NCBI GenBank assembly: GCA_047495785.1
Contig: JBLDXI010000002.1
Location: forward strand, 1,550,001-1,614,000
Length of the DNA: 64,000 bases
Source of the DNA: Lepidodermella squamata
Lineage: Eukaryota > Animalia > Gastrotricha
Reading direction: 5' to 3'
The position numbers were made by a program, and so were the translations under genes. How positions within the stretch are numbered: position 1 is the stretch's first letter; the number at the start of each line of letters is the position of its first letter. This document shows, one piece after another, positions 1 to 12,624 of this stretch. The notes under the pieces were generated by a model that worked only from the letters and a program-made list of their open reading frames with translations, did not search any database and had not been told where the DNA came from.

Positions 1-3000
1 AGGTCGCGTATGATTAAAACAGTGAAGAATAAAATTTGAAAAAATGACGATTGAAAATTGAAATCCAACTTAATATTTCAGACAACATTAATCACTCACT
101 GCGTCTATTGACTCAAAAACTGTATGAGAAGTGGCTTTATTCCATTCTTCCATGGATAAGCCCAACTCAGCACGATACTATATAAGCGACAACACGAATT
201 AGGTCCACAGTAATAAGAGCAAGCCGAAAAAGTTGCCAAGATCAAAGCGAAAAGCAAAAAATAAGGTGGATAAATAAAAATACCATAGCGTTGATCGCGT
301 TGGTGAAACATTCAGCTGCTTGTTGGAAGTTGCGAGCTTTCATATAGATTTTCCCGAGTACGATAAACGCTTGAGCCGACGTGACAGAGCTTCGCAGTGA
401 ACTTTGAAGAATTTCGATAGCTTTATCAAAGCGTTTCAGGAATGCCTGGACGAATGCTTTCTGGAAGACGGCCGAACCAGGTCCACGGTCTTGCTGAGCT
501 TCGGTAGCTTGCCGGATGCAAAATGCGGCTAATTGGTAGTTTCCGGTTGACAGAACAACAGCACCCTGAAATTAGCAAAAATTACATAAGCTCATTCAAA
601 ATTAGTTTATTTACCCTATGAACATAGACCGCATAATCGCTAGGATCAAGATGGATTGCCTTAGTGAAATCTTTCAAAGCCTCAGCGTACTGAAAAGAGA
701 GATTAAAATATCGGAAAATTTGAGAAAAATTGTTTCCTCACATTTTTGGTTTTATTGTACGCCTCAGCCCGGCATAAATAGGCCTGTCTGTAGGTCGGAT
801 CCGCCTTAACCGCGGTGGTAAATCTTCGAATCGCTCTGTTATAATCGAGTCGTTTATTAAGGTAGATTCGACCCAAGTTCGTATGAGCAGCAGGGTGGTC
901 ACGATCTAGCCGTAAAATGGCCTCAAAATCTCCCTCAGCTTCCTCATCCAAACCGAGTTCGAAATACAAAATTCCGCGATGTAATAGCGCCCGGATGTTA
1001 TTGACTGAACTATCCAACAGGATGGAAATGCTGAAATCTGACAAGGCCCGTTCCGCATATAATTTTCGCAATAGACAGCCGCGTTGGAAGTAAGGCTCAG
1101 GATCATTAGGTTTAAGGTAGATCGCCGCCGAAAAATCAGCACAAGCCAGCTCGTGGCGGTTTTGTTTAACCAAACACTGGCCTCGTAGAATATACATATC
1201 AGCATTGGCTGGTTCGCGTTCGAGAATTTGCGTCAAATCTTGAATGGCGACAGGATAATTATTTGTTCGAATGTAGTGCTTGGCGTGGCATAGCAAAGCC
1301 GTTGTATCGTTTGGCATCAATTGATTCGCTCGCATGTAATCCTCCATAGCGAGAAGCGGCTCCCCTTTCTACAAAAAAATCTAAAATTAAGGAGGAAAAT
1401 TCGAAAAAATGAAATCTCACCCTTTCGTATAGTTTAGCCCTCAGGAAATAAGCTTCAGCATTGGCAGGGCTTGATCGAATAGCCATGGTATAGTCATCAA
1501 TTGCCTCTAAAATGTCCTCTCTTTCCGTGTATATTGCAGCTCGAGACATGTAGGCCCCAGCGTGGAAGCGATAGATCCTAACAATCAGGTTCAAATCAGC
1601 AACAGCCATCGAAACTTTATTCTCGACCAAATAGATGAAATGACGATGCCAAAGTGCATCGACAAAATTCGGCATCAGCTCCAAGGCGCCGTTCAAATCA
1701 GCCAGGGCTGAGACTAATTTCCCGAGTTTCCGCAAAATCGCACCCCGACGGGTCATAGTGATAGCTTTTGTTACCGGCTTCAACGGCCGCTCGAGTAAGG
1801 CGGTTAGCCTATCGACCTCTTCCTCCATAATCGCAAATTTCTCACGCTCGAGTTCGTCATCGGTCGTTCCAGTAACCGGCGGCATGTCAAGGTCGAAAAT
1901 TTCGTTGGTTATCACGACTTCAACAGCATCCTCCTGAACTTCAGCTGCTTTTTTCTCAGTATTCATCAGGACAGCTAGACTTTCAGCTAGAGCGGCCGAG
2001 GTATCAATCGGCTTAGAACTCGCGGCACCTGCAGTTCCAGGCGCCATGAAGGCCTCGAGTGGCGGAATCACCTCATCAAACCAAACGTCCCAGATACCAC
2101 GCACCCATTCGCGAGGATTATCTTCAGCCCTGAAATCGATAATTTATAAGAAAATCGGCATAAAAAAATCGAAAATTCCTCACTTCATTCCATTTTTATC
2201 GGCGTATTTCTCGAATTCTAGCTTCGCCCCAGGACTGTTTGACCGAGGACCGTAGGGCGTATGGTGAATCTTGAACTCTTGAGAGGCGCCAGGAGGGCAG
2301 GAATGACGCCGTGATCGTTTTGTCATCTGCGACGCCTGAGCTAGGCGGCCCCTAACCCAATCCATCTTATCCGAGTCCAATCGTCGAGATTTCAGCTTCC
2401 GCGGCACTCGCCTCACCGCACCTGGTCTCAGGTCGAACAACGCCAATTCAGCATCGGAGGGCAGTGTCATTTTCCGTGTTTTTTCCATCAGATCAATTTG
2501 CTCAATCACATTGCCGTCTTGGTCATATTGAATCTCGACAACTTCCTCCTCTTCTTCCTCTTCGTAATCTTCAATAGTGAGCTCGGGTAACCGTTTTCCG
2601 GTGGCTAATTCGAAGGCCTTTCGAGTTTCTTCGGCCACGCGCTCCGCCTCAGCCTTTTCAGCGGCTTCCTTGCGTTCTTGAGCCAACTTTTTACACAACT
2701 CGCGATGAATTTCAACCTCCCCTATCGCTTGTTTATAATCCTGTTTTATCCGAACAGTCGGTTCGGTGTTGCCATAGCTGACTAATAACGGATACAACCG
2801 AGATAAGGAGGCCGCTCTTCGTTTTTTAACATGCCCGACCGATGAAGGCCGGGAACCGCGATGCTTAGCGCTACCTGTGTGGTGATGATGATGATGATGA
2901 TGATGGGCATCAGGTGTCGGCGCAACATGGGCCCGTTTAGCCGGAACTAACAACGGGTCTGGTTCATGGCGATGGAATCGATGCGGGGTAGCCGATTTTA

Positions 3001-5413
3001 TGGACAAACGATTTCTAAATCTCGGTAACAAGTTGGTATCGTCTTTACTGATCAGCCGCCTTAAATCAGCAAGAGCAGTTTTTTGCAGTCTCATCATAAA
3101 AATTTCAAACGGGGACAGGCCGTCTTTGGCGATTTTAAACCTCGAATCCAATTTAGTCAGCAAATAATCGTCAAATCTCGCATCGGCTGATGACTCGAAA
3201 TTCGGAAATAATTGCTTCCTCGCCTCTTGAGGTGTAAGGCCCAGTAGAGACGGGCCAGCGGTGAAACAGGGAAATTTCGGGTCAGCTGGTTCGTAAATCG
3301 GCGCTAACATGCCCTCAACCGCCCCGAATTCATCAGGACGTTTTTTCGTTTCGGTCAGGTAAACATGTTGATGCTCGGAAGGCCATTTCTGCTTGTCAAG
3401 GCCTGGCACGAACAGGGCATCATCCACGTTAATAAAAGGAACAGCCTGCTCTCGACTGGTCGTGAGATGGAAATTCGATCTATCGTCGTGTTTTGACTCA
3501 AGGCCCTTCCTCAGGTCTTTAATAGCCGCCTTATACCAAGCCGGGCGATCTTCAGCGTTTTCATCCGGGTATTTGTTGAAACGCCGATTGACGTGGGCTT
3601 CGAACGCAACTTGTTGCAATTCATTCGGTAAAATTCCGGTGACAGACGGCTCATCGAAACACAACTTGTGGATATGAACCCTGCCGTCGTCCACGTGATG
3701 CTGGGCGTGATCTAACGCCTTCTCCAGCCTATCGCTAGTTTCAACTGTTTTATCGTCTTTTTCAAGCTGAGCTAGATTTCCGAGTTTAAACTGCCGACCC
3801 TGGATGCATAAAACATCCGCTACGGTGACCTCGTGCGGAAGAGCTGCAAGTTGGCCCAATTCGTTCAAATCATCGATATCGTCAATTTCATCATTAGAAT
3901 GGAACGCTTGCCGGCTGGACGATAGTTCGTGAATCGCCTCGTGGCCTGGAATTTCAATATCCGGCATAGTTTTGACAATCGCCGCGAGTTCTGGGTCCAT
4001 TTTTAAGGCGACTTCGCCACTTTCAGCCGATACCATAAATGAAATATCCGTTTTTTCCTCGGCAATGGTTGGAGCAGTTGGTTCAGTTGAAACTTCATGA
4101 ACAGCTGAAATTCGGAAAAAAATCGCGGTTAATTAAAACTCCTGATTGCTTATTTCAAAATTACCCCCAGAAGCATCTTGTGTTAGCTGACTGCGGTTAT
4201 CACGGAAAAGCTCTGGATCCACTTCAAATGTGCACGTTAGTCAAGCGTTAGAATATTTTAAGCGTTAATTATAGAATAAAAACTCACATTCTTCAGGAGG
4301 AATTCCAAGCGATTCAGCAATCTGTTTAGTGACGTCCCGAATTTTTAAATCGGTATCCGTTATCCTGTAATTAAATTTTTTAGAATTAATTTTCGCTATA
4401 ACAATAAATTGCCTAAACAATTGAACTAATCGGGGTTTCGAAAAATCTAATGCCAGACATGGGGATATCAAAACACGGGTAACGAATAAACTTACTGATT
4501 AGCTCTGATAAATTGAAAATTAAGATGGGCAATGATTTTTGAGACCGGCAAAAATGTTCAAGTTTTCACTCATATTTTTCGAAAAACTTACAAAAATCCA
4601 GCGGCTGATTGTTTCAGCTGCAAAATCAAACTGTCGACCAGTCGCGTTTGTTCAGTTTCGTACAGCGATGCAAATGATGACTGATCTTTCGAATGCAGTG
4701 TAGATATCGTCGTAGTGCTTTTTCCAGCCGGTGGCTTGAGCCCCTTTTGCCGCGAACCCTTCTGACGATGCCCGTCTTGTACTTGAAGCTGTTGTTGCTG
4801 CTGCGATACTTGTTCATCGACCTGGCGGCTGATTTCCAACGCTTCTGTCATCAAATAGTTAACATCAAGCTGATTCCCTGGCGACTCGCTTCTTGACATA
4901 TATGAAGACGATCGAATCGTACTGACTGCGGGACCAATAGCAATGCGGGCTGAAACTGGCATCGCAACGGGCTTTAACGTGCTCAATTTCTCCGTAGGTT
5001 TCTTTCTCTCTTCAGGTTTCATAATTGGGACTGAGCCAACAGTACCGGTTTTTACTAGAATCGCCGGCTTTGTGGGAGTCGCAACTCTAGAATCCACTTG
5101 ACTGAGGTCAGGACTGGTCGTTCGCGGCACGAATGATCCAGCACTAGGTCGGTATTTGTGTCCAGTTGCGTCCGAAATGCGGGTATTGATACCGGTTTCC
5201 TGTAAATATTCTCTCAATTTTTTCCGAAATATAAATGGATTTATTTACTCTTTTAGTTGGGGATGCATTGCTTATTCTCCCGTTGTTATCAACCGGTAGC
5301 AATGGGGTTCCTTCCATTATCACCCGAAAATTGGCGCTGAAAGAACTACGTTTGCATTTGAATTGAATTTCGTCAATTTCTTCATACCTTTGCTTCTTTG
5401 GCGGCAAAGACAT
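1..5413 (-). CDS. TTC6: TTC6-like tetratricopeptide repeat protein, multi-exon, 3' end beyond the window
   Basis: ORFs 5144..5413, 4588..5217, 4265..4471, 2180..4036, 1259..2104, 703..1347 and further exons near 283-567 and 101-178 join in frame across GT-AG introns. Long low-complexity N-terminus (His9, poly-Glu), then serial TPRs (e.g. ACADFSAAIYLKPNDPEPYFQRGCLLRK). Confidence 0.75.
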
Positions 5414-5592
5414 TTTCGGTAGGTGATATTAAGATATTACGAACCCTATCAAATGATATTCGAGTGTACCAAGATTATGGTTAATAAACATGAATAGCTT
5501 ATCGCTAACTTTCTTCAGCTTATCTCGCTTAGAGACCAACACAAAAATGATAAAATTAACGTTATTCCTCCTTAATTTTCCGTGGTAGCACA

Positions 5593-6561
5593 ATGGTTTT
5601 CGCTGGTTTTGACCAAATTATGGATACCTGTCGGACGCTGAATTTTCCAGCGCTACGGCTAGCAGTGAAACTCAACCTGCGCTACCCGATTTGGTTCGAT
5701 GAAACATTTCCACAGGAGGTTTTACAAAAAGGATCTACGCCAACAGCGCAAATTGCTCATTTCTGTGAATTATGGAAATCTCGCGACAATTTTTGCATTC
5801 CACTTGTTTTGGAAGTAGCGCGAAAGGATGGACTCGCTGAATTTGTCGAAGTTGCCGAGAATATTATGGTCACTGTGTTCAAAACTTCAAATTTCGACCC
5901 GGCCGAATGGGATGCGATGGAAATCCTCTTCGAGCAATACGTCGAAAATCTTACTACAAACAAATTGTACGCTGAGCACGAAGCATTCCTCGATAAAATG
6001 AGTCAGCATATCGTAATTTTTCTCATTTCAATTATCTTCTCGAGTAATTAAATTTTCCATTTTGAAGAAAAAACCTCCACCACGAGACAAAGCTGAGGAA
6101 GACGAAAGAATAGAGCGTTTGGACAGGAGGCTGAAAGCGATTGAAAAATCGATCGAAGAGAATTACTACAGCATAATCAACACCCTTGTTTTCAGGGGCG
6201 AAGTAGCCGCGCGTCTCGTCATGTACGGCGTTATTTCCATGGAAGAAAAACGTCTTATCGAAAATTCAGTTAATACAAAACAAACCGTTATTTCGTTGCC
6301 GCTCTAAAATTTTGCTTTTTATACTGCTATAGAGCGCGAGTCCGGAGGCACATGCTCGGGCTTTGGTGCTAAATTTCATCCGAAAGCGGCCCGAGCAATG
6401 GAATACATTTGTCAACATCTTACGAGAGTGCTACAGCGCAGATAATTTAGCTTGGTAAGTCGTTCGCACTTGCGATTTAAATCGATTGATTTGTCAAAAC
6501 ATGACACAGGGCATTGACCACTTCATTCAATCGATATGTGGAGTTGCTGTCGTACGAGTAA
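5593..6561 (+). CDS. Small 4-exon protein with a C-terminal CARD/death-fold-like domain
   Basis: Introns 6013-6067, 6287-6332 and 6455-6509 keep the frame. C-terminal part IEENYYSIINTL..VAARLVMYGVISMEEKRLIE..HARALVLNFIRKRPEQWNTFVNILRE has a CARD-like pattern. AATAAA at 6561-6566 overlaps the stop. Confidence 0.6.
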
Positions 6562-7499
6562 ATAAACATTTGTAAATTTAATTACACCTAAATACAAATC
6601 AGTCATATATAATAAAATGAAAAATATCGATTATTTATCATTCAGACGCTTTTTCTCTTTTATTTGAAAAATCTTCTTGTTCTACAGAACATTTTTGAGG
6701 CTTTTTAGAAAAACGAAAAATCAACACAAACACACTCATGCAACACATGTTTTTTTCACCCACACCGGTGAATGTCACATCGCTTATATGAATATAAGTA
6801 AATGCGCTGCAGTTTGAACTAGAATCTTCTAGAGTTCTTCCGACTCGGCTAAACAAGCAAAGAATGTCTACATACCGTCATCAAGGTGTGCAAGCAACAA
6901 CAAAATATATCGCCTTCGATATCGCACAGAGAATCGACGTAATCGATCGAATCTTGGCATGCCAACCTTGAGTATCAACGTTCATGTTATTTCATGTGGG
7001 TGCCGTGACCGCAAAAAACGTTGTATGAATGTGATTGAATGAATGAAACATTAATACAAAGTAGATTTCGCAAAAAATCACAAATCAGGTTTTTATTCGA
7101 CTGCTGCTTTCACCAAATTTCTCGATATATCAAATCAACGAACAAAAGACTCGCCCTACAGAAGAAGATATAACACTAATTTTCGCCGCTCATTTACATT
7201 TTTGCATTAGCTTGTATATCAGTCGAAAAATGAGAAAAATATAAACTGCGCAAATCGTTGTTCTGAGGAGATGTTTCACCACCGTTCAAAGCTCACAACA
7301 CAGCGCAGTACCGTATTATCGTTCTCTTTAGATACTTTTTTACAAACAAGTGGCAGGAAAGTATATAATGATGCGATTTTATGGACATTAATTTCGGTGA
7401 AATGAGACTTAGATTTCTACATCGTTACACATAAAAGAACACACGCACACACACACATTATTCAGGACATATTTCGAAACGCGTAGGGTGACACTAAGG

Positions 7500-8552
7500 T
7501 CAACTAGTTTGTGCATTTTCAGCAGTTGTGAGCAAAGGATTGCTATTAGATTCGTTCCGTTCCAAGTGCTCTTTATGGACGGATGCGAAGAATGGGTGGT
7601 TCATAGCTTCGAGAGCGGTCAACCTTTCAGCGTGATCGTACCGCAATAACTTGTCGAGAAGGTCGAAGGCCTCTGGGCTGATCAATCGTTTGTTTTCTTC
7701 CGTCACAAACCGTTCCCACCGTTTTCGAGACATATGGCCAAGAACTTCGTGAAAATGCGAATCCAAGTTTATTTGATACTTCTCCAGGTATTCAGTCAGT
7801 TCGTCAGTTCCGAGCACCTTTGCGATTCGAACGAGCTGGTCATAGTTGTCTTGACCGTGAAAGAATGGTTCCTTTTGGAAAAGCAACGACGCTACCATAC
7901 AGCCAAACGACCACATGTCCAGCGAATAATCGTAATACTCGTAGTCTAATAAAAGCTCTGGACCTTTGTAGCATCGACTTGCGACACGAACATTGTAGCG
8001 TTGCCCTGGGTGATAAAATTCGGCAAGGCCCCAGTCAATAATACGCAACAACCGCTGCTCGTGATCAATCATGACGTTGGCAGGTTTCAAATCCCGATGG
8101 ATAATACCTCTTGAATGACAGAAATCGACTCCCTTCAGCAACTCGTACATGTAATATCGAATCTCCACATCCGTGAACGTTGGGTAAAGCTGCTTGTAGT
8201 CTGTGTTGTTGACATACTCAAAAACGAGACACGGCGTTTTCGACAATGGATCTTTTACAAATGAAAGAAGTCGGATAATATTCGGGCCATCCATGAGGTT
8301 TTGCAAAACTTTAATTTCTCGCTTTATCTTGCTCTTTTTGACCGGTTTGAGTACCTTCACGACGCATTTCTCGTTGTTTTTGACATTGAGGGCTTCAAAT
8401 ACCTCACTATACTTTCCTCGGCCCAACTTTCGAACCAACTCGTAATCTTCTTGTGCATTCCATAGGACAACGTACGATTCATAGTCCCAATACTCCTTCG
8501 GTTTTGTGCTGTTAACGTCGGCGTAAACTTTTGCCTTACTGCTAACAGACAT
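7500..8552 (-). CDS. CSNK2A1: Casein kinase II catalytic alpha subunit, intronless CDS
   Basis: [10 protein letters not shown], basic cluster [43 protein letters not shown]. Confidence 0.97.
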   Translation of the reverse strand: MSVSSKAKVYADVNSTKPKEYWDYESYVVLWNAQEDYELVRKLGRGKYSEVFEALNVKNNEKCVVKVLKPVKKSKIKREIKVLQNLMDGPNIIRLLSFVKDPLSKTPCLVFEYVNNTDYKQLYPTFTDVEIRYYMYELLKGVDFCHSRGIIHRDLKPANVMIDHEQRLLRIIDWGLAEFYHPGQRYNVRVASRCYKGPELLLDYEYYDYSLDMWSFGCMVASLLFQKEPFFHGQDNYDQLVRIAKVLGTDELTEYLEKYQINLDSHFHEVLGHMSRKRWERFVTEENKRLISPEAFDLLDKLLRYDHAERLTALEAMNHPFFASVHKEHLERNESNSNPLLTTAENAQTS

Positions 8553-9801
8553 TCTGCCTATTCAGGTTATAAGAAAATATTAAACTTCATAATAAATAGC
8601 AGCTCAACCCCAAGCAAGTGATCGACATGGGGTATGAGTTTTCCTTATAGAACATAGAACATAGTAAAGATACGTACATAGACAGAAAGAAATAAGTTTA
8701 GAAGCAAAATTAATCAAAAGAGTTAGAAGTAAAACGCCACTGAAAAGGGTGATAATGACAAATTCGATGATGTAGAGAAGGATATGCAGCGCGGCATACT
8801 TACATCTTACCACGCAGAAAAAATATAGGAAAATTTGGAGTTTGGAATAACTATTTCAATATTCAATATGATGGGCCACTCCGAATGCAAAGAATAGTTC
8901 CAGGCGTCCTATTTGACTAAAACGACAGACAGGAAACATGGGAAAACTTTAAGAGGATTGGAACCATTCGACAACGGGCTCAAAATTATATGGTAATAGT
9001 CAAAATCGCCATTCAGATGTTAGATAATTTTGATGTGTTGATGGGGAGATGAAGTCATAAGTCAAAAGGGAATCAAAAGGGAAGGGGGATAGGTTTCACA
9101 GTTCGCACTTTGATGGCGAATCGACCCTCGTCGACCCTCGCATGGAGCGCCAGGAGACCCCAAAGGCAAGGGGCTTAACGAAAATCGCGGTCAACTTTCC
9201 TTAGTTACAAGCTTTTTTGAATAACACAGATTGCCAGCTCACTTTCAAATTCTGATGGTATTTATGTATCTTAATTTTTCAAAGACTGCGAAAATCAAAA
9301 AGGTGATAGTTTTGGAACATGAGCGTCTCCTGAGCTCTCTCGCGCTCTCCCCCCGCAGAGCTGCGCGCTGGAAGCGTACGTACAGGTGGCGAATCGCGTG
9401 GCACGTGGGGCTGTAACGCGTGTGGCAAAAAAGGTGTGGGTTGCTAGCAAGTTTTCTAAGCCTACACCCTTGGCGTTTGTACTTTCCACACCCTTTTTAG
9501 AGAAGGCGTGTGACTTAACCAAAACATGATGTGTGTTTACTATCGCTGGCGCTTCGCGCTGTGCGCCGCTTGTATCTATCTTTTGTAGTATATTCAATAT
9601 ATACAGCAACCTCTTCACACCTAGCCGTCAATTGAATAAAATGCAACATGATAGATAACATGCCAGTCAAAGTCTCGGCCAATTAGTCAAAATTTAACGT
9701 CTTCCAACTTACTACATCCCATCATAAGCTACATCCTCTTCATACACTTATTTCTCAACTCTTTTCTAGATTGCTAGCTGATATAATATTCCTATCAATT
9801 T

Positions 9802-10700
9802 ATGGCGTCTCACTTGACAAAATTTGCTACTTTCTCCGTGGTTTCACGTCGCTTTCTTAGCAGTGGCAGCTATAAGAACATAATAGTTGAAAAGAAGGGC
9901 GCAAAGAATGACGTCGGCTTGATTCGTCTCAATCGCCCCAAAGCGCTCAATGCTTTGTGTGGCGAGCTGATGAGCGAGCTTACAACGGCCCTTAAGAGCT
10001 TTGATAGCGATCCAAATGTCGGAGCTGTCGTTATCACTGGGTCCGAGCGTGCATTTGCAGCTGGAGCTGACATTTCCGAAATGCAAAACATGACTTTTAC
10101 CGAAGTGACGAAGAAGAACTTCCTCGGAAATTGGGATGAAGTTGCTCGCACTCGCAAACCTGTTATTGCTGCTGTCAATGGATTTGCCCTTGGTGGTGGC
10201 TGTGAACTTGCAATGATGTGCGACATCATTTATGCCGGCGAGAAGGCCCAGTTCGGACAGCCTGAAATCCTCATTGGTAGTTTTTCAGGTGTTATTGAGT
10301 GAACTCCTGATTACAGGCTACTTTTATAGGTACTATTCCCGGAGGTGGCGGTACTCAGCGTTTGACTCATGCCATTGGAAAGTCAAAAGCAATGGAAATG
10401 ATTTTGACCGGTGAGAGAATCAACGCTCAGCAAGCTGAAAAGGCGGGTCTGGTCGCTAAAATTTTCCCGGCCGATAAGCTCGTCGATGAATCCATTAAAG
10501 TCGCCGAAAAGATCGCTAGTCTTTCTCAACTGGCAGTTGCCTACGCTAAAGAAGCTGTGAATCAATCGCAAGAGCTACCTCTTGGCGAGGGTAATTACGT
10601 AGAAAAGCGTTTGTTCTATGCGACGTTTGCTACCGCCGACCGCAAAGAAGGCATGTCGGCTTTCATCGAGAAGCGCCCGCCAAAGTTCACTCACAACTGA
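9802..10700 (+). CDS. ECHS1: Mitochondrial short-chain enoyl-CoA hydratase
   Basis: Transit peptide, [28 protein letters not shown]. Intron 10277-10329 restores [17 protein letters not shown]. Confidence 0.95.
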
Positions 10701-10852
10701 GAGACCCGTGTTAAACTTATTTCGATCTGAGGAAGAACTGATAATTATTGATGACCCTGTGATAGGATCCCCTCAAATGTTGCGGTGCTGTGCCTTTACT
10801 TCTTCTTTTATTTATAGGTCGTTTAAGTTGACTGTAGAGTTTATCGTCCTCT

Positions 10853-12624
10853 ATGTCCAAGCCGAAATCTTCACCCAGCAAGAATGGGGGCGGTGGATGC
10901 TCATGTCTGTGCTGCTGCAAGGCCTTCGTTATCATCGGCGTGATATTAGGTCTGATCCTTGCCGGCGCCGGCGTTTACTTTGTCCTGAATTATCGAGCGT
11001 TATTCTTCAAACGTCTTGCGACTGCGATGCCGCTTAGCCCTACCGCCGCGAGTTTCAACTCTTTCAAAAACCCTCCAGCAAACATTTTCATGTCATTCTA
11101 CTTCTTCAACCTAACTAATCCTGAGGATGTTCTGAAGGGAGCGAAGCCAATTATGAAAGAGATTGGGCCCTATGTCTACCGAAACAATCGAGTGAAAGAG
11201 AATATAACATTCAACGATGAAAACACGGAAGTATTTTACGAAGAACGCCGTTATTATGATTTTGTCATGGACAAGTCAGTTGGCTCAGAAAACGATACTT
11301 TCTACAGCGTCGATTTGGTCGCATATAGTGTCACAAAAACCGCATATGAGGCAGGAAGCTCCAACATGCTCGCGAAGACTTTGTCTGTGACTAAACGGAA
11401 GTTCCCATTCAAGTCCCATGTGATTCGCGAATTTCTATTTGGTGCCAAGGATAATTTGCTGGAAAAAGTCCTGCCGCTGAAGTTCAAAGATCCTAAAACT
11501 CGTCCCCCACCAGTTTTCGGCATCATGATTGACAAGGCTACGGGAGAGAGCCGTCATGGCAAACTAGACGCCAACTATACCTTGCGAACCGGCAAAGATG
11601 ATCTTAGCACTTTTCAATCAATTGTGAAATTCAATGACAAGACTAGACAGACTGTTTGGCCGGGCAATGTAACTGACCCCAGCAATGGCCAGCTGGTCGA
11701 CCCTAATATCATTTATGGCGGTCTGGGTACCAGTTTCGCTCCAAATGTCAAGAAGGAGTCGGTGTTGAATGTTTTCGCTGCTGATTTGTGCCTGGTCATT
11801 GGTTTCACGTATGAAAAACCAAGCAAGACTGGTTAGTATGGCTTAATAACAACGAATCATTTCTACATATTTCTTGTTTTTAGGCGGTCTTGATACTCTT
11901 CAATTTGGTGTTAACGTACCTAACTGGCGTAAGTATGTAGGAGAATTGAATCGCGCTAGTTGTGATCCTGAGGATCGCGACGATCCGACTAAATGCGTGC
12001 AAGATGGTGTTCTTAACGCTACGTCATGCAAGGGAGCCGCCCTAATTATGAGTCTACCTCATTTGATGGCCGCGGATCCGTTTTATCAGGTAATATTTAT
12101 TATTTATTATTTGGCTTGAACTTGACATTTTTTCTTAGAACACAACTGAGGGCCTGAATCCCGACCCTGAGAAGCATTCAATCGTGCTCAATATTGATCC
12201 CCTAACCGGAACTGCACTTTCTGCCGTGAAGCGAGTGCAGGTCAATATTCGTTTGACGAGTTTCAAATTCCTGAACTATACTAATTTGCCGCCATTCACT
12301 CTCCTTCCGATTATGTGGATCGAAGAGTCGGGCGGTATCAATGAAGTAGGCCTCGAGGGCCTGAAGTCTCGCGTTCATAGCGGGTACAATATGCTGCGAA
12401 ACATCGCCTACGCCCTCCTAATTGCTGGTATTGCACTGCTGCCCATTTGCATCATCATTTTCCTGGTATGCAAGCAACGTTACACGGCAAAGCAACATGA
12501 CGCCTACGACGTTCAAATGGCTAACGTTAAAAACGGCAATGGCAACTACCCGCCGGTTGGCTATACACCGGCGAAACGTTCTGGCGACGGCGGTTTCGAC
12601 GAGAAACGCCCGTTGCACGCGTGA
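10853..12624 (+). CDS. CD36/SCARB (LIMP-2-like) scavenger receptor, copy 1
   Basis: N-terminal TM, FYFFNLTNP..EIGPYVY, SLPHL, IDPLTG..KRVQVN, LPIMWIEE, C-terminal TM. Introns near 11832-11884 and 12090-12138. Confidence 0.93.

Noticed and set aside
10720-10780. CTGA/TGATGA boxes as a C/D snoRNA
   Set aside because: Boxes are in the wrong order and there is no terminal stem.
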